Shown here one piece after another: positions 1 to 11,851 of a stretch of 64,000 bases of DNA (positions within the stretch are counted from its first letter, which is position 1; each line of letters starts with the position of its first letter). Origin of the DNA: Octopus sinensis (lineage: Eukaryota); NCBI RefSeq assembly GCF_006345805.1, contig NC_042999.1, positions 96,038,001 through 96,102,000 of the forward strand, in the 5' to 3' direction. The notes under the pieces are model-generated. The model did no database searches and had not been told where the DNA came from. It saw only the letters and a program-made list of their open reading frames with translations. Both the position numbers and the translations under genes were made by a program.

Positions 1-2
1 GT

Positions 3-137
3 GTTCCTTCTGAGGAGACATCAATTTGTAGTGGAGTCCCTCGGAGAACTGTACTGGAACCAATACTGATTGTGGTGGCTCTCAGATATGCGCTCAGTCA
101 TATGTTAGCGTCTTTCACCAGCTACACTGACAAATAA
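3..137 (+). mobile_element. Degraded non-LTR retrotransposon RT fragment
   Basis: Frame 3 reads VPSEETSICSGVPRRTVLEPILIVVALRYALSHMLASFTSYTDK*. This resembles the SGVPQG(S/T)VLGP..(Y)ADD region of LINE reverse transcriptases, heavily decayed. Confidence 0.55.
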
Positions 138-2449
138 GAAGAATCACAAACATTCAAGAATCTTGATGATTATTCATAACTACAGGAAGACTAGAATATG
201 ATATATTTGTTGTTATTATTAGTTCCCTTTACATGACCTTCATTAATTTCATTATTGTTGTTTGTAGTACTACTATTATTAAGATTCTATGTATATCTAT
301 TTTTACTTGTATTATATTCTTACCTTGACTTATCATAATCATTATAATGGCCTTGATTATTTTTCCTCTTTTTATTAAGTTATCAGAAGTAACAATTCAA
401 TAATTTCACTGTGTACCTGTTAAAAATCTTATGGTATATGTTAGATTTTGGAAAATACTTATACAATGCAACAAAGAATTTTCTGAGTCACAAATATCAT
501 TCAAGGTTGCTAAGGAATTGTTAGGAAGAAAGCATGACTAAAGATCCATATAACAGAGATGCATGGTAGGGTGGTATGGCAAATGGATTTTACATATTTT
601 CAAACATGATTTTAGATAGAAAATAAGAGATTTGTGAAGGGAAATAGAATGTGTTGAAAAAGATTCATTAGATCAAAGTTTAACAACAATTAAGACATTG
701 AGCATTGATGTAGAGAAAAGATGATCTGTACTGCAGATGTTATCACATTCTTTGAAACTTTAACATTGTTGTTAAAAAAAAAAGTGCATGCTTGTTAGAA
801 TCATAGAATAGGAAACAAAGGTTTCTGTATTGTCACAATCTGCTACATCAATCCTGGCACTGATCCTATATTGAAGTTTATGGCATTGGATGGATCTTTT
901 GTAATTTGAACTCTCAGGTGGGACACTAGTTACATACTGATTGAGGAGAGATGGGATTATGTATAACTTGCAATGCAGCTTTGTAATGTGTTACACATGA
1001 ATTTTGATCTCTGAACCAAATACCTTAGCCTTTCACTAGAAAATGATTTCCACCAGTACCATCTTATAATGGCATTACACAAATTAAATTCTTGAAAGAA
1101 ATAACACTTCAAGATTGACCTTCAAGGTTCACCTTCAGAGTTAATTAAATGCACCCAATATTTAAAAAATGATGTTAGGCCTAGCTGTGTTTTATCCCCC
1201 ACCCTACCTGAAATAAGGGAAGATTTTTTTTTCATGGCACTTATTTGAAAAGTTGCCTGACAGGACACACAGCCTCATTTTCTCTTTGCTGGTTATTTCC
1301 ATTTCAGAATGAGCAGACTCCTAGGCAGGCTGGCTTCACAGGAGTTATAGAGCCACATTTTCCTTTAAGTTATTCTCATTATCCCTAACAAAATTAATAA
1401 ATGACTTGCACATTTCCTTAACCCTATCAGCTCCATTTTCCCTCTTCTCTCCGCTCTTAATCATTCTTTTTTTATACATACAAACACAAAACTCATGTAA
1501 AATTATCTTCATTCTAGTGAATTATGTATAAAGCATAAAAATGAATATTTCAGGTTTATAGAATAATTATCTTAAGATTTTTCAGACAAGTGACTTAGAA
1601 GAAATGAGAAAACCCTTTAAATATGGAAAAACTAAATTCATTTCAGCCATTCATTGATAAGCAAATAAACAAGTTTGGTTTTCTTTCTTTTAAATCATCT
1701 CATTGAATTGACTAAACCCACTGCTCTTTTTGCTTGATTTCATTATTTGTTTATACAGCTTTTTGTTTTGTGATTTTGAACTGGCAATAGGCTGTGTTTA
1801 TCTCTTCAGTTTCATACTTGGAATTGGAATATTTCTCTGTATGCTTGCAGTATAATAGGAATAACCAGAAAACATCCCCCATTAACCAGTCTTCTAATGT
1901 AAAGCATTAAGCTGCTATGCAGTACACAGAATTTAGATGTTTCTTATGCAACCAGTTTGATGTTTATCGCACAGTAGTGTAGCTGTATTTGATTGGATAT
2001 TTTCTTTTCTGCTAGTTACATTTAGAATTCTTTGTTATATCAACTTGTTTGTTTTGTTTATTAATTTATAACAAACAATGGACTAGAAATATGATAGATG
2101 AGTTAGAGGAATATGTATGTTTATTTGTAAATATGTATAAATATATATGTGCTAAAGTGTGTGTGTGTGTACAACTGCAGTAGATAAAAATGCATAGAAA
2201 AGCTTGTTTTTTCAGAATGAAGAACAATAATTTTTTTTTGAGTGATCTAGGTGCTTGTAAATAAAAAAATAAGTGAGATAGAAAACAGCTTAAAGATGAC
2301 GAGAATTTTATAGCATTGCATATGATAGGGCTAACTAGAATTCTGTCAAGACTAATTATCTCATTCATATTAATAAGGGAAGTGGGTAAATTGAGTAGAG
2401 GGATTTTATGCAAAACAAGTAGAAGAACAGGTTTCAGCATTCATAAGAC

Positions 2450-3210
2450 AGTAGCTTAGAGTTGTAGTTAACAGGAGACTTAAATAAATGGTTTTATTTG
2501 AAGAAGAGTCAATATTGGTTGGAAGAATCTTTCATCTTCTTGATGATGTTCTTATGGTAATTGTGGCTGGCAACAAAAGGCTTGATTTTCCAGTCACTGA
2601 TACTTTTCAAACTTTGAGCTTTAGGAGATTTTTGTATGGTCTATCAATCTGCTAGAAATACTAACCAAATTCCATCATATCACATCCTCTTGTCTTATTA
2701 TATGCGATAGCTTTGTACCTCATGACAGAACCAGGATTGGTGTATGAAGGGAGCAAGATAATGTTGATAGATTGAACTAAGAGTGTGGTAGGAGAAGAGA
2801 ATGATAAATTTAATAGAGGTAGACAGTGTTAAGAGTAATGGATGTTAGTAACAAATAGCAAAGGAGAAGCAGAAATGGTTGGCAGTTCTGAAAGGATTGG
2901 TGGTAGACTGTGGTAGGTGACAGAGGTAGCAGAATTGCTATTAGATAGGTTCTCTCATTATACAGTGAATAGCAGAAAGTGAGAGGGTTCCACAGGTCCT
3001 ATAACATTCCTAATTATACATGTAGCATAATACAGTGAATAGGAGAGCTCCACTGCCATCCTTAGACACACTAGAAGCAGAGTATAGTGAAGAGAGGGTG
3101 AATGATAGAGAATGTAGACTGGAGTGAATTAACAGAATAAAAGGCCAATGGTCATGGTTGAAATGCTTTTGGTTATAGGTTTGCAAAGCTGGGCTATAAA
3201 ATAACAACTT
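2450..3210 (-). mobile_element. Possible very old LINE (endonuclease/linker) remnant
   Basis: Strand-asymmetric, purine-rich on +. Short minus-strand peptides (GSGALLFTV; NYHKNIIKKMKDS) loosely resemble LINE endonuclease and linker segments. No decisive motif. Confidence 0.25.
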
Positions 3211-4334
3211 TCCAATGTTTGTTTTGTGTTTCGCAAAGTCATTTTTTGAAGAATACAGAATAGAAAAAACAGTTTACAAGAATTATATTTGTAGTGGGTC
3301 AGTTGACATACATATTTACATATACTGATTATTATTAGAATAAAAAAGCAGACATTGTTTGGCTCATTAAAATGACTTGAATATCTTGAATATTCTGACT
3401 TGAATAAAAGTTTTAAAATGATTTTGAATATTATTTGTTTGGCTATATCCCCTTTACTAGTTAAAATTCACTATTATATGATCTATAATTTAATCTTATA
3501 TATTCTATAATTTGATCAAAAACAAAAAAAGTTATCAAAATTCACATGTTCTTTGGGTTTTTTTGTTATTATTAAACAGCATAAATTAATTTTCATATTG
3601 TTATTCATTAACAGTGTTTGCCATTCAAATTATTAATAACATTTACTATTGAGTCCCTCAAACAATAAGTCCTAATTTGTGCCAGTGGCTAGCATAGCCT
3701 GAAGCAAATAAATCTTAATCTGCTTTGAGAATCCTTGTCATCTTTGCAAGAAAATGAATTGGTCAGAAGTCATGGAATTTTAAAAGTTCCTTATTATTTT
3801 TATCTTCATCATGATAATCATTGTTTCAAATATTTCCTTTTATATTAGAAGTATTATCTGATAGTATAGTATGGTTTCAACTTGTCAGAATAAGATTACT
3901 CAAATATACTGTAAAATATATATGCACTCGTAAACTTAAGAAGGTGCTTAAGTATCTATAAAATATTTCAACAGATCTTTATTGGTAAATTAATTTACCA
4001 TAAAGCTTGTATATGTATATTTGCATTGACTTATTGTTCTTTGCTGTATAGATTATATACACAGAAATCACTAGTGAAAGCTTGCATTTGAAACTCACAG
4101 ATGTTTACAAGCAGAATTAAATTTTGCAACCACTCTAATAACTATGAAAACCATTGCTAAATTCTACTGCTAAATTTAGCTTCTTTTGGCAATAATTTCA
4201 CCAATTAGCTCCAACATCTAATCATGCTAGTATCAAATAAAGTAGTTGGTAATCTTCTTGTTATATTTCAGGAATTAGTCTTGGGGTTTCACACATTAAT
4301 ATCTTTTTTTTTTGTTTTTGTTTTCGATTCACAG

Positions 4335-4382
4335 GCATGTTTCTTAATTACTAGTAAAACAGACCTCTTGAACCATTAGTAG
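4335..4382 (+). other. Candidate exon (48 nt; stops in all frames)
   Basis: Long poly-T tract + cacag| acceptor and |gtatgt donor. The phase-1 reading MFLNY**NRPLEPLV joins 5051 in frame. Confidence 0.4.
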
Positions 4383-5050
4383 GTATGTGTGTGTGCATGT
4401 GAATGTGGAATGATGTATACAAAAAAAAAAAAAGCAAGAGTAAGAAAGTAAACTATTTTGTATCATAAACAGTTTGACCATCATGGTTAGATTCTCTGAA
4501 ATGCTATATATAGAGGGAATCTTTGCTAAAGATCTTCCAAAATTGCTTTTGATGTAGGATTCAATGCATCTTTTTCCAATTACTTTTCTGTTTTGGCATA
4601 TTTTTGGAACTATTTTCTAAACATTACAAATATTAATAAATCAATATATATTAGTAACTGGAAGACCTTACAGCTTAAAAACGAAAATTAACTGTCTTAA
4701 TCAACATGTGTATAGATGCTGCAATTTTGTTTAACCCTTTTTATAATTTTATTTAAATACTCTCGGTAAAAGTGACATGATGTTACTAGATAGTTGTCTT
4801 CTAATCAGTGCCTGTGTTTCCAGTTATGCTACTGGCCAACCACTTTTAGCAATTACTATTTAATGTCTACACCATTTGGAGAAAGATTACAAAAAGCTAG
4901 TATTAGTGGAAAATATTTGTAAGCAGACATAATGAGTTGAGTGAGGAAGATTGGCTACAATTTGTATGATTAGTGAAAGTTAAATAGTCTGACTGATTTT
5001 GTTCTACTGGCAAAATAGCCTATTTCTCATCAGTATTTGTAAATTTACAG

Positions 5051-5178
5051 GTGCTGGAGCTCACATACGCACAAGTGCTGGCATAGGAAGTAGTGGCTGT
5101 GGTACAGTTGGTAAACAGAGTGATTACATAGTCCAGTTTGGGGATGCTCTTGATGTCAAACCCTATCTTAGTATTGAG
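5051..5178 (+). CDS. Internal coding exon (phase 1 to 0) of an unidentified gene
   Basis: tttacag| acceptor, GAG|gtaagt donor, GC-richer than flanks. Only one frame is open: GAGAHIRTSAGIGSSGCGTVGKQSDYIVQFGDALDVKPYLSIE. Confidence 0.7.
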
Positions 5179-5569
5179 GTAAGTATTATTTATCTATGAA
5201 TCAACATTTCTTTTCACAATTCTCTACTTTACTCAAGAAAAAAAGCTATACTTTTGTTGTTAGTCTCTTTCAAAACAAAAAAATTAAGTTGATTGCATGT
5301 ATAAAATATTACTCAAATACATGATATAAATTATTATATGTTACTTTAAAGTAGTTGAAAATAACTACTTATCATTTATTTCTTTTCTAAATTCCACTAT
5401 TGCTTCAAATATTTGTGCACTTTTTATATATTTTAGTTACTTATTGATTTTACTAGTCTAGCATGAAATATTTGGATATATATATATATAAATAAATATA
5501 TATATATATACTAATAGTAATGATAAGACAGCAAAAGAATGACCTCGATATTATGTAAATAGAGGAATT

Positions 5570-5850
5570 TATCTGTAATATAATATGTGACTATTATTCG
5601 GTTGCTATAATAAGATTCCGAGTTTCGGGTATCACGACAGAAACCTGCTCCGGCATCTCTTCAGTTATCGAGGCAATCAAAATATGCTATGAAAATGACC
5701 ATTAGACAAAGGGAAATTACTATGTTATTGACTGTTATTAAGAGAAAAAAGCTATTAGAATGACCGTTAAATAAGGGGAAAAACTGATGGAGGAAGTAAA
5801 AAGTGAAGAAGTAAAAATGCTCATTGCAATCACATATGCGCGCATGTACC
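5570..5850 (-). mobile_element. PLE pseudo-LTR-like repeat, diverged copy with hammerhead-like motif
   Basis: Clearly homologous to 6170-6480. The minus strand contains GATAA-CTGAAGA-stem-CGAAAC...C-TTATT. It abuts a PLE RT fragment. Confidence 0.6.
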
Positions 5851-6060
5851 CTACTCAATATGTTGGGCAAGACTTTTCTTGATGTATATTTTGCCATTTA
5901 CAAAGATGATGGCCTAGCTTTAACCGCAAATACCAATGGATCAGCACAAGATCTGTTTAGGAAGGACATTATCCAAATGATGAAAACTTTCAGTCTTAGC
6001 ATAACTACAGATACCAACCTGATGGTTGTCAATTTCCTAGATGTATCCTTAGATCTAAAT
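5851..6060 (+). mobile_element. Penelope-like element RT fragment (5' part)
   Basis: LNMLGK...AIYKDDGLALTANTNG...KTFSLSITTDTNLMVVNFLDVSLDLN matches the PLE RT pattern Y(R/K)DDGL...ITIETNL..VNFLDV.L.L. Confidence 0.85.
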
Positions 6061-6086
6061 GGTCATGGTTGAAATGGTCATGGTTC

Positions 6087-6442
6087 AAAATATAAGTTAT
6101 ACTCAGATAAAATATAAGTTTAAAAAATTCTATTGAAAAAAAGAAAATACATATATTTATATATATATCTGTAATATAATATATGACAATTATTCAGTTG
6201 CCATAATAAGACTCTGAGTTTCGGATGTTGGTGCAGAAACCTGCTCCGGCATCTCTTCTATTATCGAAGCAATCAAAATATGCTAGGAAAATGACCGTTA
6301 AACAAAGGCAAATTACTATGTAATTGACCATTATTAAGACAAAAGAGCTATTAGAATGATCATTAAATAAAGGGAAAAAACTGGAGGAGGAAGTAAAAAG
6401 TAAAGTAAAACTGGAGGAAGTAAAAAATAAAAAGTAAAAATG
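6087..6442 (-). repeat. Inverted repeat arm A (356 bp), reverse complement of 9031-9386
   Basis: No mismatch seen by eye. ORF-track entries 6194..6496(-) and 8965..9279(+) share an identical 83-aa stretch. Confidence 0.95.
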
Positions 6443-6459
6443 CCCATAGCAATCACGTA

Positions 6460-7060
6460 TGTGTGCATGTACATACATACACAAGCACACACACACTCAC
6501 GTACATGTGCCTATATGCATATGCTCACTCACACTGGCATGAAACACATACATGTGCACCTACACATATGCCAATAGATGCACATATATTGCAACCATGC
6601 ATGTACACGTATACATATCCACACAAATGCGTGCGCATACACACACACACGTACACATACCTATACGTGTACAGTTATATTCAAATACATGTCTAAAAAT
6701 ATGCACATGCTATATGCTCACTCACACTCACATGAAACACATGCAAGTACACCTACATAAATATGCAACCATACACATGTACATGTACATATATACATAC
6801 CCGCACACACAATGTACACATATGTATATCTGCACACACGTGCACACACACATACACACACACACACACACCCATATGTGCACAGTTATCAAATACACGT
6901 CTAAAATATGGACATGCTATATATGCATGTACACCCACGTATATATGCAACCATACACATGTACATATATACATACCCGCACACATGCACACACACACAA
7001 AAATGTTCATAAACACGTCCATATACACCCATGCACAAGAAAAATGCAGGGTGAAAGGTA
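6460..7060. repeat. Complex (CA/TA)-rich microsatellite with higher-order subrepeats
   Basis: Recurring blocks such as tatgcaaccatacacatgtacat and acagttat..caaatacacgtctaaaatatg. Confidence 0.85.
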
Positions 7061-7086
7061 AAAATGTGTAAAAATATATTAAGCAA

Positions 7087-7482
7087 TCATCATCATCATC
7101 ATCGTTTAACGTCCGTTTTCTGTGCTAGCATGGGTTGGATGGTTCGACCAGGATCTGGGAAGCCAGGGGCTGCACCAGGCTCCAGTCTGATCTGGCAGTG
7201 TTTCTACAGCTGGATGCCCTTCCTAACGCCAACCACTCCGCGAGTGTAGTGGGTGCTTTTTACGTGCCACCTGCACAGGTGCCAGGGGAGTCCGTCATCA
7301 GCCACGATCGGTTGGTGCTTTTAACATGCCACTGGCACGGAAGCCAGCCAAGGCAGAGCTGGCATCGGCCACGTTCGGATGGTGCTTTTTATGTGCCATT
7401 GGCACAGGTATCACAACTACTATTTCCATTGATATTTATTTCGATGATCATTTCTTGACTCAACAGGTCTCCTCAAGCACAG
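7087..7482 (-). mobile_element. Octopus (GAT)n-tailed SINE-type retroposon
   Basis: catcatcatcgtttaacgtccgttttc...ctggatgcccttcctaacgccaacc, with internal ggtgctttttacgtgcca subrepeats. The same family recurs at 31774, 47286, 22375 and 28995. Confidence 0.85.
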
Positions 7483-7524
7483 CGGGATGTTCTGAAAAAT
7501 ATATCTATAAATATCTCTTTCTCT

Positions 7525-7884
7525 TTCTCTTTTACTTGTTTCAGTCATTTGACTGCGGCCATGCTGGAGCACTGCCTTTAGTCGAGCAAATCGACTTATT
7601 CCATCAGTCTCTTTTTTGCCGAACTGCTAAGTGACGGGGACGTAAACACACCAGCATCGGTTGTCAAGCAATGCTAGGGGGACAAACACACACACATATA
7701 TATATATATATACATATATACGACAGGCTTCTTTCAGTTTCCGTCTACCAAATCCACTCACAAGGCATTGGTCGGCCCGGGGCTATAGCAGAAGACACTT
7801 GCCCAAGATGCCACGCAGTGGGACTGAACCTGGAACCATGTGGTCGGTTAGCAAGCTACTTACCACACAGCCACTCCTGCGCCT
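7525..7884 (-). mobile_element. tRNA-derived SINE (octopus)
   Basis: Minus-strand head ggcgcaggagtggctgtgtggtaag...ggttcagtccc has A/B-box-like motifs, an internal (TA/CA)n tract and a conserved body. Confidence 0.9.
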
Positions 7885-7963
7885 ATAAGCCACTCGTAGA
7901 AAATATATAAAAAATATATATAAAAAAAGTATAGAGAGATAAAATGCTTAGATACTCTCTTTA

Positions 7964-8367
7964 CTCTCTTTTACTTGTTTCAGTCATGTGACTGTGGCCA
8001 TGCTGGAGCACCGCCTTTAGTCGATCAAATTGACCCCAGGACTTATTCTTTGTAAACCTAGTACTTATTTTATCGGTCTCTCTTTTGCCGAATCGCTAAG
8101 TTATGGGGATGTAAACATACCAGCATCGGTTGTCAAGCGATGTTGGGGGGACAAACACAGACACACAAACATGCACATACATATATATATATATACATTT
8201 ATACGACAGGCTTCTTTCAGTTTCTGTCAACCAAATCCACTCACAAGGCTTTGGTCGGCCCGAGGCTATAGTAGAAGGCACTTACCCACGGTGACACGCA
8301 GTGGGACTGAACCCGGAACCATGTGGTTCGTAAGCAAGCTACTTACCACACAGCCACTCCTACACCT
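7964..8367 (-). mobile_element. tRNA-derived SINE (octopus), second tandem copy
   Basis: Same family as 7525-7884, same orientation, about 80 bp apart. Confidence 0.9.
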
Positions 8368-8389
8368 ATGTATGGACACAATATAAAAA

Positions 8390-9030
8390 GCAGGTTCTAT
8401 CTGCGATCCTGGGGGGACCAAAAATGTAACAAATATTTAGCTATGTGAACATGATCCAAAAAGTTCAGTTCTTGAATTTCGACATGTAGCAAGGTCTAAG
8501 CTGCTTTTCCAGATGAGCCATCTTTCCATATCACAAAGACCGCACTTTCTACTGCCATTAGTGTAAGGCTTACACTTGGTTAAGATCTTCCAACGTATTG
8601 TAATTGACACCTTTATCTTTTAAGGACCATATATGACTGGATAATTTTGGTCCTTTTCCTTTTATCCCAGTGCCTGAAGCTCAAGGTGTGATTGTTGAAC
8701 CTGGCCTTGAAATTCCTATATTAATGGTCACTTTGGGGGGAGTAGGGGTGAGTGAACCAGATAGTTTTCCTATTCATATGTTTCCTTTTATTTATTACTG
8801 GACTGGTGACAGATCTATAGGTTATTTCCTTGCTAAATCCACTATCTTTTAGAGCAAGCATTATTATATACTGGGGTAATGCTATTGAAAATGTCCCTAT
8901 CGGAGGAGAGGCTAGAAATTCTTCTGCTAATGTTTTTAACTAAATTTTTAAACACCATGGGGGGATGGCAGGAACCCACATTAATATAACTAAGTCTATC
9001 ACCGGGCTTCCTATAAGGTTCATAAATATT
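8390..9030 (-). mobile_element. Penelope-like element, RT thumb to C-terminal GIY-YIG region, internally deleted and frameshifted
   Basis: Minus strand gives YEPYRKPGDRLSYINVGSCHPP, KNISRRISSLSS, KTIWF..PYS.KVTINIG, FKARFNNHTLSFRH, LSSHIWSLKDK, WKILTKCKPYTNGSRKCGLC and RNSRTELFGSCSH, all typical PLE segments. Confidence 0.9.
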
Positions 9031-9386
9031 CATTTTTACTTTTTATTTTTTACTTCCTCCAGTTTTACTTTACTTTTTACTTCCTCCTCCAGTTTTTTCC
9101 CTTTATTTAATGATCATTCTAATAGCTCTTTTGTCTTAATAATGGTCAATTACATAGTAATTTGCCTTTGTTTAACGGTCATTTTCCTAGCATATTTTGA
9201 TTGCTTCGATAATAGAAGAGATGCCGGAGCAGGTTTCTGCACCAACATCCGAAACTCAGAGTCTTATTATGGCAACTGAATAATTGTCATATATTATATT
9301 ACAGATATATATATAAATATATGTATTTTCTTTTTTTCAATAGAATTTTTTAAACTTATATTTTATCTGAGTATAACTTATATTTT
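9031..9386 (+). repeat. Inverted repeat arm B (356 bp; pLTR-like, hammerhead-like motif at 9208-9268)
   Basis: Reverse complement of 6087-6442. Confidence 0.95.
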
Positions 9387-9821
9387 AATATGAATGTGTA
9401 TGTGAGTTAAAATATATGAATGATTTTTAATTCAAAATACAGATTATTTGCACTTGTTAGTCTTAATAAATATTGAATTTTCTTTTCACCCTTCATTCAA
9501 TAAGTCAATTAAGTATGGTGTCTTTTATATTTTGATCATAAAAATGCTAAGTCATTTATCCATCACAAATGCTATTTTCAATGTCTTTCTCTTTGTCATA
9601 AACATAATCAAATTTTACCTGTTGACAATTTGATGTGCTTTTATGTGAAAGACCTGTTGTTTATGCATTTCAAATCATAGTTGTTAAACTATTCCAGTTG
9701 ATAATTATGGCTCCAATTAGACATATGCTTCATAATATTTCTCTCTCTAATGAGTTGCTACAGATACATATAAGTATAAATTTTGTATACAATGTACACA
9801 TCATTTCTTCAATATAAATAA

Positions 9822-9935
9822 GGTTGTCCTTTCAGGGTTGATAAAATAAGTACCAGTGACATACTGGGGTCAATCTAATTGACTGGTCCCCTCCCCCAAA
9901 ATTTCAGGTCTTGTGCCTTGAGTAGAAAAGAATAT
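9822..9935 (+). mobile_element. SINE 3' fragment
   Basis: ggttgataaaataagtaccagt...actggggtcaat...ccccaaaatttcagg is the common 3' block of octopus tRNA-SINEs. Confidence 0.6.
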
Positions 9936-11102
9936 AAATAAGGTTGTATTTGTAAAGTATACAGGAAAATAAAAATTATTTGTTCAGTATGGTTTAGTTT
10001 GCTATAAACTGTCCTGTGCTATTAAAGGAGTCACCTCTAGATACCAAAAAAATTTCTTGGGAAAGTTACCTTGGTAATCTATAGAATAGTATCAGACTAA
10101 ATAATTTGCTGATCATACATCCAGTAATTTACGATATGCTATAAATGCCTGATGACATTTAGAACTCTTTCTTCTTCTGGTACTTGTTACAATATTACTT
10201 TTGTTGAACTCTTGTGTATTAATAATAATATTATGACATTTTCCTTCATTGAAGGTATAATACTGCCAGATATACAGCTATGATTAGATAATTATTTTTG
10301 AACCTCAAGAATTATTACTGTTCATTGACTTTGCAATGTGCAATGAAAGCAAATAACTATACAAATTTAGGGGAGGAAAATGGAGAAACAAGAATAAAAT
10401 ATTTGAAAATTTAAGTTTAATTTAACTAAGGCATAATGTTTTCAGGATTAATACAAAGACAGGTTTTCTTTTTTATTTTTTTTAATGTATGAGAAAAGAT
10501 TATAGAATTTAGAATTACATTTCTTAAACTGACCACCAGATGAATTTAATCATTCTTCTCCTAAAAATTAAACAAACTACAAAGTATCAAGTATATACTA
10601 ATATTGCCAGTCATAAAATGCCTAATTTTGATACTGCTGTTAATAATAATCTTAACATTACCTCAAGCTATATAATTTCTTCTTAGAAAGGAAAAGCACT
10701 GTAATAACAGGGTTCCTTAAATGTTAATCAATATTTTAACTCAACATTCATTCTTATGGAAGAATATTTTGTATTGGCCTCTGAAACCAGCAAGGACCTT
10801 GAATCAGTAAGTTTGCTTTCACATAGTCACACATCTGCTCCTTCTAGTATTTCTAAAACAGGATCCCTTTATTTTCAGTCTTAAAATCATAGAATAACTT
10901 GTTGGGGAATAAAGTACAACTCAAACTGACTGTGATTTGGTCATAAAAAAGCAAGTAACTACCCCTGACATAGCTTTGCTTAAGAGATTGACCATAACTG
11001 CTTAATATATTGATTTCCACTTAGGACAAGTTTTTTTTATTGTCCAGTCTGTATATCATTCTTTCTCTCACTCTTTCCCCCCTCCCTCTCTTTTCTCTTT
11101 CC

Positions 11103-11142
<40 letters not shown>

Positions 11143-11851
11143 TCTGCTAGTACCAACAGTACAAGGTTAGATCATGGTAACAACTGCTATTCTATTTAGT
11201 ACTCTACATTCGATAAGCAAGTTGACATCAGAGGTAACTAGAATTAATTAATGCTGAGATATTAGACTGTGTCACTGGTGATGTTTGATATAGTACTGAT
11301 ACTTACTAAGTGCTGAAATCATATATATTACATTAAAGATAACATGATATCCACAATGTTCGCTTTTTCTTTTTATCAATGATAACTCAGTATCTAGACT
11401 ACTTTCAGAATAAGCAATCAATAACAGTACCAAACATAAGAAATATTAATTCCTTCAGTGTATAAAATTACTAACTTTTCTATGCCTTATTAACTTCAAA
11501 ACATCTAACTGAAGCTATTCTATATTTTGGCCCAGTTTAATCTCTGAAGTGGATTATGGAAATTGAGAACGAAATGTGTAACCCCATCCTCATTCACTAC
11601 TACAGAAAGCAATAAGATTATTGATCTTAATTATCAATATGTCATCAACAAAGATCTAAAGTTTTTGTTTTTTTTTTGTTTTTCCTTTTTGGTCATAGTC
11701 TTGTTGCTGCTCTTATTGCTGCTACATTTTCTACTTGATGTTATGTAGTTGTTTTTGTTGTTGATTAGATGTGAGTTAATTTTGTTTCTTTAATATTGTC
11801 CTCCTGTATAGATTGCTATTTAACTGATGAAGCTAAGAAGAAATATTATAG

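Noticed and set aside
1308-1390. Exon-like stretch after ccatttcag
   Set aside because: No usable GT donor before the in-frame stop.
2066-2440. 124-aa minus-strand ORF
   Set aside because: Low-complexity F/L/I-rich and includes a (CA)n tract; no motif or splice support.
6463-7086. Six overlapping His/Thr/Tyr/Cys-rich ORFs up to 169 aa
   Set aside because: Translations of (CA/TA)n microsatellite, open in several frames and on both strands.
7250-7400. Regularly spaced repeats with variable spacers (CRISPR-like look)
   Set aside because: Internal subrepeats of a eukaryotic SINE; degenerate, with related spacers and no cas genes.
7135-8386. ORFs of 75-118 aa with ordinary-looking composition
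   Set aside because: They lie wholly within recognisable SINE copies; similar ORFs recur at 31933 and 47330.
6194-9279. Two ORFs sharing an identical 83-aa peptide on opposite strands
   Set aside because: A by-product of the 356-bp inverted repeat, not a duplicated gene.
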